From: Anthoceros angustus
Taxonomy: Eukaryota > Plantae > Anthocerotophyta
Assembly (NCBI GenBank): GCA_010909165.1
Contig: MU008188.1
Span: 186,001-250,000, forward strand
Reading direction: 5' to 3'
Length of the DNA: 64,000 bases
In this document: piece by piece, positions 41,005-52,883 of the stretch
Layout: each line of letters begins with the position of its first letter
Numbering within the stretch: position 1 is the stretch's first letter
Translations under genes and position numbers: made by a program
The notes under the pieces: model-generated
Databases searched by the model: none
The model's input: the letters and a program-made list of their open reading frames with translations, nothing else
What the model was told of the DNA's origin: nothing

Positions 41005-42121
41005 ATGGCGTCCTGGAGCTTGAGCTCGGTTGCCCTACTCCTGGCCTTGGCCGCCGTCCTGGTTCTTGCGGAGGCCTATTCGGCCCCGCCTCCTCCTCCT
41101 CCTGCGCACTTGGCTCCGCCTCCTCCTCCTGGGCCGCCCTCGGCTCCGCCTACGCCTCCTGGGCCGCCCTCGGCTCCGCCTACGCCTCCCGGGCCGCCCT
41201 CGGCTCCGCCTACGCCTCCGTCTCCGTCCAACGATGGTGAGCTGCTTGGAGTTACGAGTGCGAATTCGGGAATGATCCCGCCTTCAATTAAACACACACA
41301 TCTGACTAGCTGTTGCCGGCATGTTTCTGTTTCACCGGCTCGCAGATCCCTGCAAGCTTGACTCCTCGGTGTGCAAGGACCCGGTGCTCAAGACGCCGGG
41401 CGGCCAGCAGTTCTACTTCCACGGCCACAAGGACGCCGACTTCTGCCTCGTCTCCGACGCCGATGTCCACGTGAACGCGCACTTCATCGGCCTTCGCCGG
41501 GCCGACATGCCGCGCGATTTCACCTGGGTGCAGGCCCTGGGAGTGCGGTTCGGCGCTCACCGGCTGTACGTCGGGGCCAGCAAGGTGGCCGGCCGCTGGG
41601 ACAATTCCCGTGACCAGCTTGTCCTCGCGCTCGATTCCAGCCCCGTATTGCTCCCCGCCGGAGCGGGAGCTGTGTGGCAGTCGCCCGCAAGCGGCGTCAC
41701 CGTGAAGCGTCTGGCGGCCACCAATCTGTTGAGAATTGTGGTGGACGGAGTGGTGGACATGTTGATCAAGGTGGTGCCGGTTTCCGAGGAGGAGAACAGA
41801 ATCCACAACTACGGTGTGGACTACGAAGCCGACTGCATGGCTCATTTGGACGTGAGCTTCAAGTTTGCCAAACTCACCAGCACTGTCCACGGCGTGTTGG
41901 GACAGACGTATGCTCCCGGGTTCCACATGTTGGAGAAGCGGCCCGGGCAGCTCATGCCTACCATGAGCGGCGACACCACTTACCTCGCCTCTTCTCTCTT
42001 CTCCGCCGACTGCTCGGTGAGCAGGTTTGGAGGTGTTGCTGGAGAACTGATGGCCAACCTCGCCGAGCTGCAGTGTGGCCCTGCCACATCCGGCACCTCC
42101 GGAATTGTTTGTAGGCGCTAG
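41005..42121 (+). CDS. Secreted Pro-rich root-cap/LEA-related protein, 2 exons (41005-41236, 41346-42121)
   Basis: Signal peptide, PGPPSAPPTP repeats, FYFHGHKDADFCLVSD..HVNAHFIG..RDFTWVQALG, VHGVLGQTY, SSLFSADC. Confidence 0.9.
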
Positions 42122-42429
42122 CTACTTGCCAAGCTGCCTTGGCCGAGCACTGCGAAACCGTGCCTTGCAAGAACAAACATTCCCGTATCCAACAGCGGGA
42201 GGATTCTGTGCCTTCTGCGTGAAGACCGTTATTCATTTCAAACACCGGGGCGACAGTGCGCATGTAAGATTCAGCACATGGTCAACAAAAGCCTGGGAAG
42301 ATACTACCTATGTATTCCATCTTTCGTCTTTTACCCTAATATTAAGAGATGTGGTCAAGGACGAATTCGTCCTAGGCCTAGCTCGTCCACGCTTCCATGG
42401 TTTTCTGAAAATGTGGCACCTTAGCCGTC

Positions 42430-43640
42430 TTTCATAATCCTGAGAGGATGGGAGTTTCATCTCCACTCTCGGCGTGAATTTTCCCCCACCCCCAAAAAGT
42501 ATACAGGAATCCGTCAGTGTCTGTCCACCAGCTCTTGGCCTGGCTGCTTCCATGCCCCAACTTCGTTTCTCCTCACATGCATGGCCTGTGCCTCCTCCCA
42601 CATGGAGGCACTGGCATAAATGCTAGACTTCAAAACATATGCTGCGGCATCCTTTTGGCTTCGCTTCACTGCGTGATTGAACCCATGCAGAAGTCCCACA
42701 GGTCCATCAAACACTTGCTGAGCATTAACACTGCTCCTTTCCGCGCTTGTTTATTAAACTGATAGTGAGAAAGCCATCAGTTTGAAGCCCTTCGTGACCA
42801 GTCTGCACCTTCCTGCATGAAAAGCGGCACTTTCACATGCCCACAGGAGGCACATAAATGTCACAGAATAGGGGAGGTGGGGGGGCTCTTAGCTGTCTTC
42901 TTCCTGCGAGCCATATAAAGGTAAAGGGATTCCTCACCCTTGTTGCACGCATTTCTATCAAATTGCTGAATGCCCTTGAGGTCCTCTTTCCCTTATCTAA
43001 AGCCGTGACACAAACCCTTGCACATGACTGCAAGAGGGACACCAGTGTCACAGAATTGCGTGCAGCAAAACCTCGTAAAGACAAAGGGCTTCCTGACCCA
43101 TGCTCTGCTGGACATATACCTCACACCATCACATTCTGTCGAGGGATTGTGTCAAGCGTTCTTTGACCCTCCTCGTAGCTGCCACACATGGCATACATGT
43201 GCACCAAGCAACGACAAACAAACAGATCGAGCTCAACCCCACTTGCCAACACGTCAGCACGCACCTGATGTCCAGTCTACAGGTGTGCTCCCCTTCCACC
43301 AGCCTGCAGGACTGCTCCGAACACCCGAAAAATCGGCTTCACACCTGACTTGCGCATCAGATAATAGAGCAGTATGGCCTGCTTAGCCTGCCCGTGGTGT
43401 TGAACATGCGCAGAGATTATAAAGGACCACATGAAGGCTGGTTCAGCAACCATTGCGAACACATCCATCTCTTCTGGCAACCTGCCATGAGCCGCATACA
43501 TGCGCACGATATGGTTGCGCAAAAATCTGTCTGAAGCATGCCCCTCCTTCACCGTCAGAGCATGCACACAACGGCCCAGAACAAGATCCTTCTTCCCCAC
43601 GAACTTCTCCAGCACAGTGTAAACTAGAGAATTGGAAGAC
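42430..43640 (-). pseudogene. Decayed PLS-PPR DYW:WW-type gene, paralogous to 21425-24205
   Basis: KKDLVLGRCVHALTV...AFMWSFIISAHV and AAAYVLKSSIY...WKQPGQ; multiple frameshifts and deletions. Confidence 0.85.
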
Positions 43641-44968
43641 CTGAAGCGTTATGATGGAAATGGAAGCAGCTGAGCTGTTCATCGGTTAGCAACATCAAAG
43701 GGCAAAGACCACTAATACGCCTGTCCGTAGCTACTAGTTACTCATCAGAGGACCGTGTGGTACATTATTCTAACCAAAGACTGGCAAAAGCTTCTTCACA
43801 AGCCCGCCTCCGCCCAATGTCAGGCGTCCACCCTCCAGCCTTTGCTGACTTCTCTTTCTTTATCCTTCGTGTTTCCTCATCCTCTGGCATTTCCTCAAAG
43901 CTGGAATGGTTCTGTCCAAGAGGAACAGGCTGTGATGCTGGTCCTGCTGGCCTAGGTTGCATATACGACCCACTTGATGCGACAGCTGGTGTATAATGGG
44001 TTGCGGTGCCTGGCGCTGCAGTCTGATCTCCCTGCGTTGTCTTAACCTCTATCTGCTAAGCAGTACACAGAGAGCAGGTCAATCCACGTTCTTGTGACCA
44101 TTTGCACACTCGATCGGCAAGGACTTCGCAAACAACAAAACTCACAGGTCTCGGGTACCTTGACCTACCTGATCAGAGAATCCTCCTGACGGCCCATCCT
44201 GTGCCCGTAAGGCTGCTGCTAGTTCTTCAGCCTGCACAGGAATCCCTCACGCTTGAGGGAAGACATCTCTCGAGAGGTATCACATCTTCGCATCCAAGAA
44301 AACCTACCTTTTTCGCCTTAGAAGCGACTATCTGCTCAGCATTCGCTTCCCCATATTTGGCAACTTCTGCTTCAAGGGCCGGAACATTGACTCCCTCTGT
44401 CAAATTGAAAACTGCGTACCACAGGAGCTCTCAGCTTGGGTGGTGATAAAGGCAACCCGGAAGGCCAGTCCAAGATGGTAGAGAGACTTACTCAAATCTT
44501 CAACGTACTCCAGGTAGTCATTATACTCCTTTAGTGAAGGAAAATCCTCCTCTCGTTTGTTGTATCTGGAGCATATCGATCATCAGTATAACAGCCATGC
44601 CGCTCAGGGGAATTCGCAACTGCCATGAGCAAGCCCGTCACCGTACATGTTAGCAATTCTCCGGCGCACAGCGATCTCCTTACTCTCCTTACTCTCCTTA
44701 CTCTCCTTAGCCATGGTTCTTTTGTGGGGGTAAGCTTTACAGCCAAGATATACATGTAGGTCATCAAGAGCACGCTCGGCTGGACATCCCTAGATTGGCA
44801 GAGCTACACAGCCAGACAAGAGAGCGCAATATGTCAATGGGGCATATTCCTTGTTATGACAATGCCATGAAGGAGTGTTCGATTGTTCGTTTCCACTTGA
44901 GTCCCGTATGGCATACCGATCGAGACAACGAACCGGAAGGCCTTCCCCCTAACACTTTGGAAGTTTTC

Positions 44969-45197
44969 AGAAGAAGAAGAATTTTATTGAAGTCCACTAA
45001 GGAATTTTATTTAAGTCCACTAAGGACGGATTTCAGTCATGGCACTTGGTACTCAACAACTTGTACCATGATGTGACTAAGCTATTTGCACCAAGGGCAT
45101 CTCTTCCATTAGGCACCCCATCTAAGTACTAAGTGCAGGATGCTTAATCACGAAGATCTTATACATGTGTGTCCATTTCGCCTAAGCCATTTGGACA
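44969..45197 (-). mobile_element. Putative 5S-rRNA-derived SINE with (TTC)n tail, copy 1
   Basis: Homologous to 55493-55700; the reverse complement has ttaagc...agtacttagatgggg, like the 5S internal promoter. Confidence 0.55.
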
Positions 45198-45472
45198 CAC
45201 GTCACGAAGGATATAGAGCATTGCCACGTGGCTGCTACCCTAGACTAGCTAAGGGTGTAGGTTGGGCTACCGCGGTCGGATCGTGATGCGGCCGCTGCCC
45301 TGCTGGGAATTGGTCGGCCTGGGATTATGTATAGGGTTTAGGGTGGTTTAGGAAGAAGAAAGGTCGTGTAAATCCAACATCCGGGAGAGCGCTTGATCGG
45401 CCTCACATGACCTCATTCCACATGTATGTTTCGTATAGCTAACCCTAATAGGTTATTACTAATGAATGGTTA

Positions 45473-47304
45473 ACAGCGTCTGTTTAGAAAGGGGTTTCTC
45501 CTGTCAAAAGGGGTTTTGGAAAAAATCCCAACCCTATTTCTGAGCGAAGTTGGTTTTGTTTTTGTTGGTTTTGTAGGTGTTCATCCATCGGTTTGGGCAT
45601 TCTCGGCTCACACCACTTCTGTCAGTCATTTACACTGGCGCCTTATACTCAAGTTCATGGCGATTTAGTCGGTGTGATGAAGGGCCAGTGACCTCATTGT
45701 TCCATAATTTTGTCATGTCTGTAGTTTCTGCATTTTGTGTAGTTTTGTATGTTTTTTGTATACCAGGGGGGTCTAGGCGTGCATAAGTGCGCGCCTAAAC
45801 AACGCTATGTGCAAACTTGTGCATGCACTGTGCAAAAAGAGCGTGAAAAATGATCTTCTAATGGGGAAGCATGTCCTTTTGGCGGTTTGAGGATGTGCCG
45901 GAACTCCCGACAAAATAACAAGTAGCGAGACATCGGCGGAGGTTCACCTAGACCACTCTTATATACCTATCCTATGCCTAATGCGACAAAGAACACCCTA
46001 TCCCTTTTTATTCTTTACGGTGTTTAGTCTCTTTCGGTGACCTAATCGGGTTATCATCAAACATGCCGGGGGCCTGGGTGAACAAGTGCATGCACCGAGG
46101 CAAGGAGGCCGGTGCGCACAAGTCTTGCGCACCGAGGGGCAAGGGGCTGGTGCGCGCCCTTGTGCGCGCACCGGCAGGATGCAGGTGCGCGCACTTTGCG
46201 CACCGAGGCAAGGATGCCGGTGTGCGCACTGCGCGCACTGGGCAGGATGCGGTGCGCGCGCACCGAGGCAGGATGCCGGTGTCTTGCGCACCGAGGCAGG
46301 ATGCGGGTGCGCGCACGGTGGCCAAGGGCCGGTGTGCGCGCAAAAGTGCGCACCAGGGGGCAAGGAGGCCCAAGTGTGCACACAAGTGCGCGCACCCAAG
46401 ATCAAGAAGGGCCCGGGAGCATGAACCCATATGGTTCATGCCTCCTAGTGCATTCCCAGATGGTTCATCCAAAGAAAAAAAGAGCAAAAAGTCTAAAAAA
46501 ACCCTAAACACCCCTAAAAAAATTACAAAAAAGTCCAGTTTTTTGAGGCAAGTGCGTGCACTTGCTCTAAAATTTTGACAATTTTTTGAATTTTTTTGTA
46601 TTTTTTTTGATATTTTTGTTGTTTTAAAGGGTTCCTTTCGACGTTTTCAACCTTTTCAGCTCCCTAATGTGGATATGTTCTTATCTTTACTTAACCCTCA
46701 TCTTTTTTCTAGTGGTTAAAACTTTGAACTAATAGTGAGAACCTTTTGCATCTTTTGAAGCTTGAGACGTTTGGCGTAGGCCCAGCTCTTAGTGCAGACC
46801 ATGCCACTCTCATTCTCGCACTAAGAGCATCAGGCCAAAGAAGATATTATTGTCCCAATGTCTAAGGAACAAAGTCCTGTAAAATTCTCGGAGCGAGAGT
46901 ATAGTCATAGGATTGACTAGTATGAATGAAAGGTTGGTGCGCAAACAAGTTTGCGCACTGCACAGCAGCCCCTAAAAACTCTAAATGTTTGTATACGTTC
47001 AACACCGGCAATGATTGCGGATGTTGGAAGCTATTTAGATGTAAGTGCGGCGTAGTTTGCTGAATGTGTCGTTTGGAAAAAAGCGAGCGAGAATGGGACT
47101 TTAGGTTTTGCCACGACTTAAAATCTACAATCTCAAATAACGTGTATCAAAACAATTATTCAAAAGGTTGCGGGTAACATGTCTGCAGAGAAATATCAAA
47201 AAGCCTGATTATAGTGCGGATTTTTTCAAGTGCAAAAAGGGGTCCGGCCAAGTCCGTGTGCAAAAAGGGGTTCCAGGAGAAACCCCTTTCTAAACAGACG
47301 CTGT
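45473..47304. mobile_element. Non-autonomous DNA transposon, 1832 bp, 31-bp perfect TIRs, 6-bp TSD TGGTTA
   Basis: TIR acagcgtctgtttagaaaggggtttctcctg at both ends; TGGTTA at 45467-45472 and 47305-47310; internal gtgcgcgcac repeats. Confidence 0.92.
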
Positions 47305-47310
47305 TGGTTA

Positions 47311-48110
47311 TTTCTACACTTTCCTCCGAGGCTAGGTCGGCCATGCCTCCCTTTTCGCCTTTGGTCTTCAGGCCTCTCTCCATGAGAAGCTGTACAGGAG
47401 GCGCACCGGACAATCCTTCCGGACTCTACTATTCCCCGGCCTGTTCGTGCCCGCATCCGCTCTTGCTCAGGGAAGGGAGGAGGCTCCTGGCTTTTGGCTC
47501 GGCCTTGCAGCCAGGTGTTCCGAATCGCGGCAACTTCTTTTTCTACTGCGATGACTCAGGTTGCACTTGGGTTTGGTCCAGCCTTTGGCCTGTTCTCTCT
47601 CAACCTTCAGTTGTGGGGCCCCCCTCGACGACTCAGGGTGCCACCTGGCTCGCTATCCAATTGGAGGGCAACGTATAGCATGATGCCGTTCGCGATGTCA
47701 TGTTCTCGATTGCCAAGGAAAGCGATTATTTTTTTATACAGGAGCGTCCGTGTACCCTGGGCAATCGGGTGTCACTCGGGGCGGATCTTCATTATGAACC
47801 CTCCGAGCTTGGCGGCGGAGGGATGCACGACTGCCAAGGTACACAAGTACACACCTTTGCAGGACGGCCACACCTTCATGCCCCTTGCCATCGAGACTCA
47901 TGGGGTTATGGGCAAGGCTGATTAAGAATTATACTAAAGTCTACCACATTCGTCAAAATGGGGTGGGTCTCCCTCTTTCCTCGGTTGTGGCTTTCTTCGC
48001 ACGATCGTGCAAGGAGCTACACATTCGCAGCCCCTAGCTTTATAGCACACCTTGGCCGAAGAGATCCTATATTGCTAAACCTTTATAAACCTTTATCATA
48101 AACCTTTATC
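47311..48110 (+). mobile_element. 3' relic of an RLE-type (CRE-like) non-LTR retrotransposon
   Basis: Across frames: ARIRSCSGKGGGSWLLARP, CG..D..G.H...GG.R..HDAVRD, GADL, AKVHKY...FMPLAIETHG; aaacctttat x3 tail. Confidence 0.75.
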
Positions 48111-49084
48111 CTACCTAAATATATCTTTTTGAAAGGAGCACCCTCTGTATCGGGAGGGGAGCGGTAATGATTGATTTTCGTCTCCCTGTACTTTTCAGAG
48201 ACGGCCTCACCTTACCGCCTATTCGACGGTCTATTTGAAAGTTTAGGGTTCTCGCTGGCCTCGAGTAGAATGCTATTTTCTTACGCTTCGAGCTTCACCA
48301 GCTACTGACCAACCCTGACCATGGATAGAGCGGATGTTGCCCTTCTTCCAATCTTGGCCTCCACCTAAGATCCCCTAGCAAGAACTCCAAGCTCCTAACA
48401 CCAACGAGGCCCGCTTGTTGTGCCCCATGCGGACCCCTCGTGATAATGGTCTGATAATGTTCACTCGGCCTCAGCTCCCCTGGTAATGACATGGTAGTTT
48501 GTTGGATGCCTACTCACCTTCACTCGGCTTCAGCTTTCCCTGAAACCGGTGGTCTTCGGACCGGCCATGGCACTGGATGCCGCCATGCATCGGGGTCTTT
48601 CAAGCCATCCACCCTTTGGAAATCTTACGTGCAAGGACATTTATCAACAAATCTGTCTGTGGCACCACGCTTTGCATGCATATTACCAGGCTCTCATCTA
48701 AAGCGACAAAATCTCCAAGATGCATCTTGTTACTGCACCTCGTGTAAGGCCGATTCTATCTCCTTGCCAAAAACAGCATTTGGTGCGAAGCTCGCCTTTC
48801 AAGTAAGGAACATGCGTGTGTGTCACTTGTGACCTCATGGCTATTGATGTATTGGAGCCCCTCGCCGTGGCCAGATTGTGTGCGAACAGGGTACAGCAGG
48901 GATGTTGGTGGCATCCAGGTGGTGGACCAAGGAGGAGGGATCACGTCCTTTGGAACAACCACCGTTGCAAGCCACTAGGAAGTGTTGGACTGAGCTCTGG
49001 AGTTGGAAGTAATAGGTACTCCTCTGCACTGCTGCTGGCCGACTCCAGTCCTCGTCCAGTCACGGGAACTCAATAGCGCTGTAT

Positions 49085-51373
49085 GTGACACTGCTTGGCA
49101 GGGGGCATGGCAGGTGTCGCAACATCCACTGGCTGTGTGAGAAGGGGCAGCTCGGAAAGGCACTGGACGGGCTCCATAGTTTGGAGCATGAGGGTGTTGT
49201 TCCATCGGTGGAGACGTTCAGCCACCTCTTACAGCTATGTATTCGAAGGAAGACCCTGGCTGAGGCTAAGAAAGTATATGCTCACATAGTCAGAGCCGGG
49301 TTGGAGTTGAACACTTGCTTAGGGGAAGTTATGGTCAGCACATTTGTCAAGTGCGGCAGCGTTCCAGATGCTCTCCAGGTCTTTCACCGGCTCTCTGCAA
49401 GAAGTGTTTTCTTGTGGACTACAATCATTTGCGGATTAAGTGACTCAGGGAAAGGTGAGCAGGCACTCAGGATGTATAAGCAGATGCAAGAGGACGGTGT
49501 CCAGCCGAACAGGCACACCTTCCTTGGGGCACTGAAAGCGTGCAGCGGCTTAGCGGACCTAGAGAGGGGCAGAGCAATTCATGCTGATATTGTGCGGGAT
49601 AGGTATGGCTGTGATGTGTTTGTCAGCAGCTGTCTCGTCCACATGTATGCGAGCTGTGGGAGCATTTTGGAGGCTCGAGATGTGTTTGACAGAATGGCCC
49701 AGCGCAATGTGGTTTCGTGGAATTCCATGATACAAGGACATGTTGAACAGGATCAAGGTGAGGAGGCACTTAACCTTTACGGCCGAATGCAAAGCGAAGG
49801 AGTAACTCCCAACAACAGGACTTTCGTCAGCTTGCTCAAAGCTTGTAGCAGCCTTGCATCCAGAGAAGCAGGAAGATTTTTGGATGGACAGTTAGTGAAA
49901 TCAGAGTCACTGCAGAGAGGACATGCAATATACAGTGAAGCTGTAGTGAGAGGTTTCAGGGGTGACATATTCATCGGAAACACTGTGCTGGACATGTACT
50001 CCAAGTGCGGGAGTATCCTGAACGCACGGCATGTCTTTGATACAATGTCTAGGCGTGATGTTGTATCATGGAATGCTATGATTTCTGGATATGTCCAGCA
50101 CCAGCGGGGTCACGAGGCATTCCATCTCTACTCGCAAATGCAAGAGGAAGGCATACAACCAGATGAGTGGACCTTGGTCGGCATGCTCCAGGCATGTAGC
50201 AGCCTTGCAGTAACAGAGGCAGCCACTTTCCAGAATGGGCAGGCAATCAAATTGGAGTCCTTGGAAAAGGGGAAGGCACTGTACGCTGAAGTTCTCCAAA
50301 GGGGCTATAAAACCAATCTGTTTGTTCAGAACACGCTCATTGACATGTTTTCGGACTGTGGGAGCCTGGTCGATGCAAGGGATATATTTGACAAAGCCGA
50401 ACAGCGCAATTTGGTGACATGGAATGCCATGATCTCAGGATATGCTCGGCAAGAAAATGGGCACCAGGCTTTGCACCTGTATGCCAAGATGCAAGCAGAA
50501 GGGATGAGACCGAATGAGAACACATTCTTGTCCCTCCTAAGAGCTTGCAGCAGTACAGGAGCCCTGTGTAGCTGTTCTCGGGTCCACCATGATATTCTTA
50601 CTTGTGGATTCCAAGAAAACTTGGCAGTGGCATCTGCGCTTATTCATGCATACGGCAAATGTGGGAGTACGGTGGACGCCCAAGTCGTGTTTCAGTCAAT
50701 ACACCAACCAGACGTGTTCGCATGGAACACACTTATTGCAGGATATGCACGAGGAGGGGATTGCAGCATGTGCTTGCAGTGTTTTGAGAAAATGCAGGTG
50801 GCTGGAGTGAATCCGGATAGTGTCACATTTATTTCTCTTCTTTCAGCATGCAGCCACGCAGGTTTGGTCGATGAGGGCCTTATGTTCTTCAACTCCATGA
50901 GCAGAGATTATGGCATCCCTTCAGGCATCGCGCACTACTCAAGTGTTGTTGATCTGCTTGGCCGTGCCGGACTGCTGACCCAGGCAGAAGAGTTACTCTT
51001 GAGGGCACCATTCCATCCTGACCTGGGAATGTGGTTGGCATTGCTGGGGGCCTGCCGGAAATACAGCCATGTAGCCATTGGAAGACGAGCATTCGAGCAA
51101 TCAGTGTCATTGGAGCCTAGACATGCTGCAGCATATGTGCTCATGTCAAACATCTATGCTCATGCGGGCATGTGGGAAGATGCAAATGAAGTTGATGGGA
51201 TGAGGTGGAAAGTAGGTGCGGAGAACAGGTCTGGCCAGAGCTGGCTTGAACATGGACAGGAGGTGCATATGTTTAAGGCAGCGGACAGTAGGCAACCGCA
51301 TTGGGAGGAAGCTTATGCGAAGCTGAAAGAGCTGTACCTACAGATGTATGTGGAACGTGTCCAGTTTGCCTGA
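49085..51373 (+). CDS. PLS-class PPR protein, E/E+ subclass (no DYW); true start probably further upstream
   Basis: 762-aa ORF with PLS triplets, HYSSVVDLLGRAG, AAYVLMSNIYA and GQSWLE; stops before any HxE motif. Confidence 0.9.
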   Translation: MTLLGRGHGRCRNIHWLCEKGQLGKALDGLHSLEHEGVVPSVETFSHLLQLCIRRKTLAEAKKVYAHIVRAGLELNTCLGEVMVSTFVKCGSVPDALQVFHRLSARSVFLWTTIICGLSDSGKGEQALRMYKQMQEDGVQPNRHTFLGALKACSGLADLERGRAIHADIVRDRYGCDVFVSSCLVHMYASCGSILEARDVFDRMAQRNVVSWNSMIQGHVEQDQGEEALNLYGRMQSEGVTPNNRTFVSLLKACSSLASREAGRFLDGQLVKSESLQRGHAIYSEAVVRGFRGDIFIGNTVLDMYSKCGSILNARHVFDTMSRRDVVSWNAMISGYVQHQRGHEAFHLYSQMQEEGIQPDEWTLVGMLQACSSLAVTEAATFQNGQAIKLESLEKGKALYAEVLQRGYKTNLFVQNTLIDMFSDCGSLVDARDIFDKAEQRNLVTWNAMISGYARQENGHQALHLYAKMQAEGMRPNENTFLSLLRACSSTGALCSCSRVHHDILTCGFQENLAVASALIHAYGKCGSTVDAQVVFQSIHQPDVFAWNTLIAGYARGGDCSMCLQCFEKMQVAGVNPDSVTFISLLSACSHAGLVDEGLMFFNSMSRDYGIPSGIAHYSSVVDLLGRAGLLTQAEELLLRAPFHPDLGMWLALLGACRKYSHVAIGRRAFEQSVSLEPRHAAAYVLMSNIYAHAGMWEDANEVDGMRWKVGAENRSGQSWLEHGQEVHMFKAADSRQPHWEEAYAKLKELYLQMYVERVQFA

Positions 51374-51574
51374 CATGCTATCAATTGGTTCGGCAGTCCT
51401 TGAAACACTGAAAGCATTTGGGAGTAGGACCGCTACCGTAACGGATAATACACTTCTGACTACTGGGTAAGTAAAATTAACAACGCGCACTGATGTGGCT
51501 AGATTCAAATTTAAAAATTGTCGGTTCAGTTGCCGTTCCCAATTTGGTTTTGACCTAGCGTATTCATCAGACTT

Positions 51575-52330
51575 CTAGCCTCTGCATATGATTCTCCGTT
51601 CAGGGTGATGCTGATTCTGTGACATGCAGATGTGCACCTCGTCGTTGGACTTCATATTGATGCGACCGGGTTTCTTCAGCGCTGTTTCCTGGTCGAACAT
51701 CCCTACTGCACTGTAGATATCTGCCATCATGTTGAGAATATATGGAGCAGCGATTGTTCTGTTCAGCCTCAAGATAGCCTGAAACGAGCGTCGGCCCAAC
51801 TGCAGCTGCACATGTCCATGAGTCTGACGAGCTGATAGCGAATATTTCCACAAAAAAGGTGGTGGCAAAGTCATTCTGCTTACAAGGTCTGCTGTCTCCT
51901 CAAGATATCTTGACCTACCAAGAAGGTTGATCATTCTTTGCACAGTGGTTTAGTTCTGGAAGTCTTGGGCTGCCGATTGGAAGAGCTGGCTACCCTCTGC
52001 CTGTAAGTCGGCCTGCACATGTCCATCAGTGTGACAAGCTGATAGCGAATATTTCCCCAAAAGAGGTGGTGGCAAAGTCATTCTGCTTATAAGGTCTGCC
52101 GCCTCCTCAAGACATCTTGACCTACCAAGAAGTTTGATCATTCTTTGCACAGTGGTTTAGCTCTGGAGGTCTTGGGCTGTCGATTGGAAGAGCTGGCTAC
52201 CCTCTGTCTTGAAGTCGGCATGGGTGCTTGCACTGAACAGGTACACAGATGTGATGCTATCCGGCCGCACATCAGCTTGCTTCATTTGGCGAAACACATC
52301 CAGCGCCTCCGGTAGTAGTAGAAATTTGGC
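51575..52330 (-). pseudogene. PPR E-domain relic with about 207-bp internal duplication
   Basis: MINLLGRSRYLEE and MIKLLGRSRCLEE duplicated; EALDVFRQMKQADVRPDSIT; KKPGR. Confidence 0.75.
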
Positions 52331-52530
52331 AAGACGGTTGGCGATATTACACCGAGTCAGTGCCGAAGGTGAGATGCGGAGTACACAACGGTCCTCTGCA
52401 GTGAGAGGTTGAGTGGATGTGAATTTTTGGTGTGTACATGGATGTGCTTTGTATGTAGATCTATCATCGTTTATATTATTCGTGTACCAGGAATACAATA
52501 AGATGTCGCCTCTTACTTTTATGTAGAGTA

Positions 52531-52539
52531 TTATTTTTA

Positions 52540-52576
<37 letters not shown>
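52531..52576. repeat. (ATT)n microsatellite
   Basis: Directly visible. Confidence 0.9.
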
Positions 52577-52580
<4 letters not shown>

Positions 52581-52883
52581 TGAATAGTATGAATTTAAAT
52601 AATTTGGACCGTCGCGAACCTATTTTTAAAGAGACTATAATATAAAATCTTGTTTATTGTCTTATAAGATGGTTGAAGCACTCTACTCCTTTGTAAGTCC
52701 AGCCTAATTTGTTTGATGTGCCTTCTCAAATGTAAAGTCTCGTACTTATATATTAGCATAAAGTACAACTTATTATATATATTATATTATATTTAATATG
52801 CTTTTGATATTATGTAGGTCCTTTTTGAATCGATTCACTTAATGGATTTGCTCTTCAAGTACTATTAATGTGACAGTCTATGC

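Noticed and set aside
43700-44900. Possible gene fragment on the minus strand
   Set aside because: Stops present and no recognisable family
44969-45197. Functional 5S rRNA gene
   Set aside because: Only the central region resembles 5S; the ends are unrelated and there is a simple-repeat tail
45998-46578. Overlapping Cys/Ala/Arg-rich ORFs in the TIR element
   Set aside because: Produced by gtgcgcgcac repeats; no transposase motifs
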